Part shown: positions 58,101-64,000 of the stretch, piece after piece
Layout: every line of letters begins with the position of its first letter
How positions within the stretch are numbered: position 1 is the first letter of the stretch
From: Bacteroidales bacterium
GTDB taxonomy: Bacteria; Bacteroidota; Bacteroidia; Bacteroidales; FEN-979
Assembly (NCBI GenBank): GCA_030681475.1
Contig: JAUXWT010000061.1
Location: 6,610 to 70,609, forward strand
Direction of reading: 5' to 3'
Length of the DNA stretch: 64,000 bases
Program-made: the position numbers and the translations under genes
Notes under the pieces: model-generated
Seen by the model: only the letters and a program-made list of their open reading frames with translations
Database searches by the model: none
What the model was told of the DNA's origin: nothing

Positions 58101-60273
58101 TGAAGATTTCTCCGGGGCCAACACAACTTACTGATAAATTGGTAAATGTCGGAGTTACAGTTACCGTCGCTACAACTGGCGCTGTTCCTGTGTTAACAGC
58201 CGTAAATGATGCAATGTTTCCGGTTCCGCTTGCTGCAATTCCGATCGAAGTAGTGCTGTTCGCCCAGCTATAAGTTGTTGTCCCACCGGTATTATTTGTA
58301 CCAAAGGTGATCCCGGCAGTTGATGCACCGTTGCATACCACCAGGTCGGCCGGATCATTCACCTGTCCCGAAGGGTTAATGGTTATAGTAAATGTTGAAT
58401 CCGGGCCTGGACAATCATTTGCTGTCGGCGTGATCGTAATATTGGCAAGGGCTGGTGTAGTTCCCGTGTTTGATGCCGTGAAGACCGGAATATTTCCGGT
58501 TCCGGAAGCGGCAAGCCCGATGGTGGCATTGTCGTTGGTCCAGGCATATGTTGTTCCTGTGATCGTACTTGTTAATGCGGTTTCAACAGCATCTGAACCG
58601 TTACAATAAACCTGGTCAGGAACGGGAAGAACTGAGGGCAAGGCATGAACAGTCACGTCATAAGTTATCGGTAATCCTATGCAATCGCTGATCCTGGGCG
58701 TGATGGTATAGGTCACCACAGCATCCAGGGGGCCGGTATTAACGATCAGATCATTGATCAGCGACCCGCTCTGACTCGCTGGAATATTGGTAATTGTGGC
58801 TGCGCCTGTTGTGACGGCTCTTGTCCAGTTGGCATAGGCGCCCAACTGGGAAAAGACAAGCAGAATGTCGGCATTCTCGCCGGAGCAGATGGGTTTACCA
58901 GAACCTAAATTGTCGATGGTGGGAGGTATATCGGCAACGGTGATGTCGTTTGTGACAGTATCTGAGCATGGATCAGATGTAAAACGGATCAGGGTGACCG
59001 GATAAGTGCCGGCAAGTGCATATGAGTGCGTTGTTACAGCGGTATTCACAGTTACAGGGGGAGAGCCATCTCCAAAATCCCAAATCCTGACATCAGTTGC
59101 ATTCTGATTGATGACAGAAGTATCGGTAAATGTGCTGGGATTCCCGATGCAATTGATGGAGGACATGAACCCTGCAAAGATGTTTGTAAAGGCAACAGTT
59201 GATACTACCTTCTGTATCACACAGTTAGGGTAATTATAGAATGAAACCAGTTTCAGCCTGTATTGATCTCCCGTAGTGGCATTGGAGATGGTGAGTGTTT
59301 GGTTTGTTCCGACCACGACAGGCGTACATCCGACGGCGCAGTATGGGCCAGTCCATTCATACTCGGCAAAACCAGGGGGGCCCGTCATGACGACTTGGTT
59401 TGAACCTTCACAACCTTGAAAAGTAACACTCAGCGAAGTACAGTATGCCGAAATGTATGAATATCCAAAGTGCCCGCCAGGCGAACAATCTTTTGTCGTG
59501 AATACGATCGTAAGTTCTTTTCCATAATCTGAAACATCGAAAGCCAACCCAACCGTCGTCCAGTCTTTCCAATATACCGGTAAACTTGGGCTCCCTCCGT
59601 TCATTGTACTGGTATACCATCCGGGGAGGTTTGGTTGTGCATAAACATAATAGTAACCGCAGATGGGATCATACTGCAATCCTGTGTTTTTATCGAAAAT
59701 ATCGATTTCAAAACTCGCCCTTTGCACGGGAGTGTGGGCTGCATTGTGGTTTAATACGACAGCATACCTGTAGATAAAAAAATCGCTGGTTGGTCCGATG
59801 GTAACATCATAAGAGAGCTGTTCACCCTGAGCGCCTGTATTACTATTACCCAATCTGGCGGAAAAGGCCTCTCCGGGGAATACAGTCATCAGGGTTGCAC
59901 CACTGCCCAGAACATCTGTCCCGTAAGGATCAACAGTTCCGGGTGCGGGGATGATCAGATGCCTTGCCGGCGGTGTTGGCCCTGGCACAATTCCAAGAGT
60001 CTGCCAGGGTTGGGCAAAAGTGCCGTAATGACCAATCCAATTTGTGAAGTTCCCCATTGAGAAGTTGGAATTCGGACAAGAGGTGGTTTCATCAGTCAGA
60101 TATTCCGAATCTCCGGAACTGTGATAATGTACTTTTTCATGAAAATGAGGCTCCAGTAAAGTGTAAGGTGGCGTTTGTCCGTTTACATTGGAAATAATAC
60201 TTAACAGAAAAAGACTTATAAAAAAAATATGCAGAACAGGTGTCAGTGTGCCTGTGTCTTTATATGTTTTCAT
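52144..60273 (-). CDS. Giant repetitive adhesin-like protein (2709 aa): N-terminal domain, PKD, about 15 x 96-aa PKD-like repeats, C-terminal FISUMP module
   Basis: SARLGN..YRYAVVL..DC..GGHFGY N-domain; WDFGDG; repeats GQVxDPxDLVVC...FTITVNP; tail ACPPGWHIPT..FPVRCVKD. Confidence 0.87.
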   Translation of the reverse strand: MKTYKDTGTLTPVLHIFFISLFLLSIISNVNGQTPPYTLLEPHFHEKVHYHSSGDSEYLTDETTSCPNSNFSMGNFTNWIGHYGTFAQPWQTLGIVPGPTPPARHLIIPAPGTVDPYGTDVLGSGATLMTVFPGEAFSARLGNSNTGAQGEQLSYDVTIGPTSDFFIYRYAVVLNHNAAHTPVQRASFEIDIFDKNTGLQYDPICGYYYVYAQPNLPGWYTSTMNGGSPSLPVYWKDWTTVGLAFDVSDYGKELTIVFTTKDCSPGGHFGYSYISAYCTSLSVTFQGCEGSNQVVMTGPPGFAEYEWTGPYCAVGCTPVVVGTNQTLTISNATTGDQYRLKLVSFYNYPNCVIQKVVSTVAFTNIFAGFMSSINCIGNPSTFTDTSVINQNATDVRIWDFGDGSPPVTVNTAVTTHSYALAGTYPVTLIRFTSDPCSDTVTNDITVADIPPTIDNLGSGKPICSGENADILLVFSQLGAYANWTRAVTTGAATITNIPASQSGSLINDLIVNTGPLDAVVTYTITPRISDCIGLPITYDVTVHALPSVLPVPDQVYCNGSDAVETALTSTITGTTYAWTNDNATIGLAASGTGNIPVFTASNTGTTPALANITITPTANDCPGPDSTFTITINPSGQVNDPADLVVCNGASTAGITFGTNNTGGTTTYSWANSTTSIGIAASGTGNIASFTAVNTGTAPVVATVTVTPTFTNLSVSCVGPGEIFTITVNPSGHIIDPADQVVCNAGTTSDVIFGTNNTGGATTYSWSNSTPSIGLAASGTGDISSFTTANTTTAPVLATITVTPTFTNESVSCVGPAETFSITVNPSGQVIDPADLVVCHNGITNIINFGTNNTVGTTTYSWENNTTSIGLAASGTGNIASFTAVNTGTSPEVATITVTPTFTNLSESCVGPPETFTITVNPAGQVIDPIDLVACNAGTTADITFATNNTGGSTTYSWTNNTTSIGLTASGTGNIASFTAANTTTAPVVATITVTPTFINQSVSCTGLPEIFTITVNPSGQVIDPTNLVVCNEGLTTDVTFGTTNTVGATTYDWTNNTTSIGLTATGTGNIPSFTAINTGTMPVVATITVTPTFTNLSESCVGPPENFTITVNPTGQVIDPTDLVVCNGGTNTAVTFGSNNTGGATTFSWTNNTTSIGLAASGTGNIASFSAVNTTTAPVIATITVIPTFTNLSVNCEGPPETFTITVNPLGQVNDPTDLVVCNAGPTPDVNFETNNTVGITTYSWTNNTTSIGLSATGTGNIASFTAINNGTMPVVATITVTPTFTHLSESCIGPPETFTITVNPTGQVNDPTDLVACNTALTTAVTFATTNTVGTTTYNWLNNTTSIGLPASGNDNIASFTAINNGLTPVVATITVTPTFTYLSESCVGPAETFTITVNPTGQVIDPTDLVVCNAASTTDVIFATNNTGGTTSYSWTNDNTTIGLSAFGTGDIASFTAINTGAAPVIATITVTPTFSNLSENCVGPAEAFTIKVNPSGQVNDPPDMVVCNANPSADVIFSTNNTVGTTTYNWTNNTASIGLASSGTGNIAAFTAVNITTSPIVATITVSPTFTYLSESCVGPSETFDITVNPTGQVIDPADLVVCHGGTNTAVTFGTNNTGGTATYSWTNNTASIGLPASGTGDITAFTAVNTTTAPVTASITVTPTFTNLSLSCVGPSETFTITVNPSGQVIDPANLVVCNNANTTDVIFGTNNSGGTTTYSWANDNTSIGLAGNGNGNIPSFTAINTTTVPVVATITVTPTFTNQSVSCVGPAKTFTITVNPTGQVNDPTDLVACNTALTTAVTFGTTNTVGTTTYNWLNNTTSIGLPASGNGNIASFNAVNNGLTPVVATITVTPTFTYLSESCVGPTENFTITVNPTGQVIDPTDLVVCNNTSTGDVDFNTNNSGGTTTYNWTNNTVSIGLAAAGSGNIPSFTAVNTGTAPVVATITVTPTFSNLSESCIGPAEIFTITVNPSGQVNNPLNLVVCHNVMTSVVTFGTNNTIGTTTYSWTNNTATIGLPSSGTGNIASFIAVNTGSTPVVATITVTPTFTNQSVSCVGTAKSFTITVNPLPVPQITGAPSVCSGTTGLIYFTEAGMTNYQWTISAGGSFVPGPGINEITVAWNVIGPQTLTVNYFDANGCTANVASSYTVNVQDLPTPTLTGETHVCVGDIETYNTDASATSYVWGIPAAGGTFTGGGSSDNQFTMTWLNPGTYIITVNYTVGSTGCTAVTPTTLTVTVNPNPSPVITGPLTPICGFSTQVYSAGTTGNVYQWTITGGTAQLPLGQNTVSVLWANTPPVFVDLTETIVYTGVSCTATAMTFPVSFKPWPITPGAITGPISVCKTSTQSYSVPAILNATSYKWAYTGTGVSIVGNGTPAISITFSTTATNGTLTVTGNNECGDGPVSAPLSIIVHPLPVVSYSFCNDLVTTKNAKPFILKGGSPYGATGTYHLNNPAAPALPGNIFNPGDAAVFLGSNTIYYTYTTVNNCKASSIPQTITVLTSNVSYPCGVSLLTDPRDNNTYRTIMINAKCWMAENLRYGTTVTFPSQNQPQPQTDNCINEKYCLTTDNAGCTVYGGLYQWDELIQYALTQAPYQGACPPGWHIPTINEWQNLIDAVANMNPGDATAGGYLKAAGGFNSLRKGIYYLNNLWAFDAGSPGATMFWTSTLSGNKPIARGLNTINSSVSIYESAKTNAFPVRCVKD
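54052..58371 (-). repeat. 15 tandem 288-bp coding repeats
   Basis: Regular 96-aa period; two units 1440 bp apart are nearly identical. Confidence 0.9.
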
Positions 60274-60412
60274 CGAAACGGGGTATATATGTCAACCATA
60301 ATATAAAGTTTTAAATGCTTGTAAGATGTAAAATTACAACAATTTTTGCACCCTGACAATGAATCCCTGTTTTTTATAAACTCATATGTAAAAGGAGCCG
60401 GAATTGATGCTC

Positions 60413-63400
60413 CTAATCCTTCACACACCTAACCGGGAAAGCGTTGGCTTTCGAATTTTCATAAACCGAAACGGATGGATTTATGGAGTTTATCCCGTGG
60501 GCGACCGGCTTTGCGCCTGAGAGGGTTGAAGTCCAGAACATCGTTGCGACCGGGCTGCCTGAGGAAAATGCCCATGCATTGTTCTGATAAAACAGTCCGT
60601 TAAGCAGTGCGTTGAAACCGGTAGGATATTGTAGATAAAATCCGGCAAGTCCCTCACCGGGTGTTATGGTGGCAATGGCATCGATCAAATCCTTCCACTC
60701 AACCGCAGTTGGAACATGCCATCCCGGGGGGCATACTCCTTTTGTCCAACCCGGTGTACTTCCGTATTGCATCAATTCATCCCATTGAAATAGTGAGCCG
60801 TAAAGTCCGCAGGTGTTGTCGTTTGTTGCACAATACCGTTCGGTGTTGCAATTATCGGTCTGAGGCTGACCGGAGGCTAAGGTGAAGCCCCAGTTGAGAT
60901 TTTTTAACATCCAGCATTTGGTTTTGCCGTTTGCGGTAAATGTGGTCGTCGGATATTTGTTCGTTGCCGGATCACTGTTTCGTGGGTCAGTAAAAATGTT
61001 ATTCACACAGGAATAGGCTGCATTGGAAGGATAAACGGTAATCATTTTGTTTGCTGTGGCCTGGCATCCATTGACATCGGTGTAGGTGTAAGAAACAGTA
61101 TGGTTAGCCACACTGAGGCCGGAAGGATTGACTAAGGCGCCTGCTACAAGTGAGCCGTCGATGTAATATTTCCCGCCGGCGCCAAGCGGTGTTCCGCCTT
61201 TAAGCAGGAATGGTTTGGCATTGGTGGTGGTCACCAGGTCGAAACAGGATGACAACTGGGTGTTGGGTTTTGGATTTATGGTGATAATAACCGGAGCGGA
61301 ACTTGCAGTACATTGAGGTATTGTAGATGAAGTTATGGCAGTCAAAGTCAATGTTGCAGTTTGTGCAGCGCTCCCGGGAAGTTTCCATGTAATGGATGCA
61401 GGGTTTGCAGTTGGGTCTGCAACTAGGGCGTTTACAGCCGGAATGACTTGCCATTGGTAGGTTGCCGCCACACCTCCTGCACTAACGGAGTAGAGTGAAG
61501 GTGTTGGAAAGTCCTGACAAACCGGCGAAGGGGTGCTGGTTGTAAATGTAGTGATGGGAAGTGGTTGGATGTCCACGTTGGTTAATGTCATACCTGCACA
61601 CCCTAAGGCATTGTTATAAGTGACGCTGATGGAAGCCTGCGCTAAAGAGAAGCCCGCTGCCCAGTTCACCGAAACTGAATTTACATTGTTTGCCGGCAGA
61701 GCTATGGTTCCTCCCGGGGTGATCGTCCAGTTGCCCGTTTCGGTGCCCTGAAGCTGGTAAATACTTGTTGATCCGGCACAAACACTTAAGGGGCCGGTCA
61801 CATTAAAGAATGGGGTGGGGTTCACTACTGCCGGTATTCGCGTTGGGATGACAGCCGTACAACCATTGGCATCCACATAGTTGACCTCGATCCATTCCGT
61901 ACCGCTGATAACATTCCATATCACCGTTGCCGTGTGATCTGTAAAGGTGATCGTATTTCCCGGTGATACATCCCAGAAGTAATTGCTCTGACCGGGCTGG
62001 GTTGTATAGACATAGGAAATACTATGACATACGTTGAAATTCCCGGTAGCGATGGTCGGTGCGGGCAGGGGATTTACAGTAACAAGTTTGCTGGCAGGTA
62101 TGGTAGTACAACCATTGGGATCAGTATATGTTAACGTGATTGTTTTTATCCCTGCTGATGGCCATATGATCGATTTTATATCAGGATCGGCACCAGTGAT
62201 AACTCCATCAGGGATCACTGACCATAAATAGGAGGATGGGACCATCCCGGGATCGGTTGTAAAGGTGGAAGCAACACCTAAACATGCGGTTGGACTCCCG
62301 AGAAGACTCGGGGTTATCAGGTCTTGAACAATGATCTCTTTTTGGTCAGCATTGATGCAACCGTTAACATCGGTGTAAGTGTAAGTTATCAGATGCGACC
62401 CGACACCTGCGGCCAATGGATCGAAAATCGTTAATGGACTTCCTCCAAGGGTATAGATCCCTGTGGCCCCGACCGGAGTACCACCTGATAGCGAAAATGG
62501 TGGTGTGTTCAAACAGACTGGCGCAAAGCTCGCGAGTTGGACAACGGGTAGCTGAAGAACGTTAACGGTATATGTAACCGGATCACCCACACAACCGCCA
62601 ACGGTAGGTGTTATCGTATAGATTACAGAGCCCGGATTGTTTATGTCGTTCAGTGTGAGTTGGTTTACGATCGGTGATGCAGATCCTGATGTAGGGCAGG
62701 TCAAAATGTTGTTGCAACCTCCCGGCATCATGACCCCCCAGTTGATGGTTGCACCCGCCAGTCCCGATTGAAGGACAATGCTGGTTGTTCCGCCGGAACA
62801 AAGATTTTCTCCGGGACCGACAGGACTTGTGATATTGGGTTTGGGATCAACCGTTAAGACCAGGTCTAGTGTTGATCCGATGCAGCCATTGGCAATGGGA
62901 GTCACATGGTAAGTTACCGTTCCCTGATTGAGATCGGTAACAGACACTGTTCCTGAAATAGAAGGCCCGCTGCCACCCGGCGGACAGGGCAATGCGATAT
63001 TCGGCGTGCAGTTCGGCGCCGGACTAGCCCATGAATAGGCGGCTCCCGGGGGAATTGAAGTTAAAGGAACAGAGAAGGGGTTCCCTGAACAAGTGGCATG
63101 GGAGAGGCTGCTCGAAAGCTCGGGAATGGGAAGTACCGTTACCGGAATTATGGTGACCGGCCCGTTGCCGCAGTCAGCATTGACGCCGTTGACTAAAACT
63201 GATAACGCCCCGGGCGTGGCGCCGACTGGAAAAGTGATGTTTATGCCCGGAACCAGGGTGGTCAGGGTTCCATAGCCCCAATCCCAAAAATAGGAAGAGG
63301 AATTTGGATCACCAATAACATTAAAAGTATATGATTCACCCGGACAAACTTGTGCAGGGTTATTAATCGGATTTAAGACAGATGGACCGATTTTATAGGT

Positions 63401-64000
63401 GAGGTTTACACTTGCGGTGGAATTGCTGACAAGGAACCACCAGGTGTTGATGGTTTTTCCATCACCCCAATCACCATTATAAGGTGGAATACCCCATGCA
63501 TGACATGAGGTTGCCGGAGGCGATGTACATCCAGGCGGGGTTAACATCTGTCCGCCGCTGACTAAAGCATCATCCCAGTAAAATGCAGGTTCGTCTATCG
63601 GGGGAACGAGTACCGGCCTGACCAGATTGACAATAAAACCATTCACGTTTTTCTCAACGTCCCACAACGGCATATGAGTCAATCCGTTCGTATAGCGCAG
63701 GGTAAATGGAAAGGTAGAGCCGCTGGGGACCTGGTTTCCTATCCCGTCCAAACCGTCCCATGTAACAGAATAAACACCTCCCGGCACATTGTTGGTTACC
63801 AGGATACGGTCGACCATAGGTGGAGTTAGTGCACTGAGTTGAAGCGTGATCTCAACCGTGCCAATCGCATTGACCGGTGTGGTCTGGAAATTAAAGTTTA
63901 CCGTACCAGTATTGCAAAAGGTTTCCGTAGTAACTGAACCATCCACCAATTGACCAATAATTCCGTCAGGATATTCAATCTGGTCAGGATTGTTCAGGAA
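60413..64000 (-). CDS. Large secreted Ig/PKD-like repeat protein with C-terminal FISUMP module, 5' end outside the window
   Basis: Frame stays open to the window edge (FLNNPDQIEYPDGIIGQL...); WDGLDG FlgD-like motif; tail GVCPPGWHVPT..FPVRCVKD. Confidence 0.85.
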   Translation of the reverse strand, partial: FLNNPDQIEYPDGIIGQLVDGSVTTETFCNTGTVNFNFQTTPVNAIGTVEITLQLSALTPPMVDRILVTNNVPGGVYSVTWDGLDGIGNQVPSGSTFPFTLRYTNGLTHMPLWDVEKNVNGFIVNLVRPVLVPPIDEPAFYWDDALVSGGQMLTPPGCTSPPATSCHAWGIPPYNGDWGDGKTINTWWFLVSNSTASVNLTYKIGPSVLNPINNPAQVCPGESYTFNVIGDPNSSSYFWDWGYGTLTTLVPGINITFPVGATPGALSVLVNGVNADCGNGPVTIIPVTVLPIPELSSSLSHATCSGNPFSVPLTSIPPGAAYSWASPAPNCTPNIALPCPPGGSGPSISGTVSVTDLNQGTVTYHVTPIANGCIGSTLDLVLTVDPKPNITSPVGPGENLCSGGTTSIVLQSGLAGATINWGVMMPGGCNNILTCPTSGSASPIVNQLTLNDINNPGSVIYTITPTVGGCVGDPVTYTVNVLQLPVVQLASFAPVCLNTPPFSLSGGTPVGATGIYTLGGSPLTIFDPLAAGVGSHLITYTYTDVNGCINADQKEIIVQDLITPSLLGSPTACLGVASTFTTDPGMVPSSYLWSVIPDGVITGADPDIKSIIWPSAGIKTITLTYTDPNGCTTIPASKLVTVNPLPAPTIATGNFNVCHSISYVYTTQPGQSNYFWDVSPGNTITFTDHTATVIWNVISGTEWIEVNYVDANGCTAVIPTRIPAVVNPTPFFNVTGPLSVCAGSTSIYQLQGTETGNWTITPGGTIALPANNVNSVSVNWAAGFSLAQASISVTYNNALGCAGMTLTNVDIQPLPITTFTTSTPSPVCQDFPTPSLYSVSAGGVAATYQWQVIPAVNALVADPTANPASITWKLPGSAAQTATLTLTAITSSTIPQCTASSAPVIITINPKPNTQLSSCFDLVTTTNAKPFLLKGGTPLGAGGKYYIDGSLVAGALVNPSGLSVANHTVSYTYTDVNGCQATANKMITVYPSNAAYSCVNNIFTDPRNSDPATNKYPTTTFTANGKTKCWMLKNLNWGFTLASGQPQTDNCNTERYCATNDNTCGLYGSLFQWDELMQYGSTPGWTKGVCPPGWHVPTAVEWKDLIDAIATITPGEGLAGFYLQYPTGFNALLNGLFYQNNAWAFSSGSPVATMFWTSTLSGAKPVAHGINSINPSVSVYENSKANAFPVRCVKD

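Noticed and set aside
53222-58609. Many plus-strand ORFs with repeated VMVATTG motifs
   Set aside because: They are antisense shadows of the 288-bp repeats of the giant adhesin.
46417-60700. Diversity-generating retroelement acting on the FISUMP C-termini
   Set aside because: There is no reverse transcriptase, Avd gene or template repeat in the window. Differences between the 3' ends I compared include many synonymous third-position changes and are not adenine-specific. A distant DGR cannot be fully excluded.

Overview
A chromosomal segment from a member of the Bacteroidota, probably Bacteroidales. This rests on TAnnTTTG -7 promoters, T9SS C-terminal sorting domains, and signal peptides often followed by Gln. 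I found no rRNA, tRNA, CRISPR array or intact IS. Left part: UDP-xylose pathway genes (ugd and a partial uxs), then a split SOS-like mutagenesis locus. That locus is an S24/HTH repressor divergent from dinB, with a DnaE2-like polymerase 4.5 kb further on; both promoter regions carry the same tandem TGATTA-N5-TAATCA-like boxes. Middle part: housekeeping and envelope genes, including a DEAD helicase, M49 peptidase, SPFH protein, TPR kinase/regulator pair, T9SS cargo, tex, NlpC/P60, feoAB, thioredoxins, hutI and ftcD. Right part: a surface-protein region with an IPTL-CTERM protein, an exosortase and its partner, a two-component system, and four tandem large Ig/PKD-like proteins. These four have different N-terminal passenger domains but share a FISUMP-type C-terminal module instead of a T9SS CTD. 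The most unusual signals are: (i) this apparent swapping of C-terminal anchors; (ii) several families of degenerate 7-8 bp tandem repeats with a strand polarity relative to start and stop codons, some in inverted pairs and some inserted in frame several times inside dnaE2; (iii) the duplicated candidate SOS operator. All family assignments are from motif recognition by eye, not database searches.
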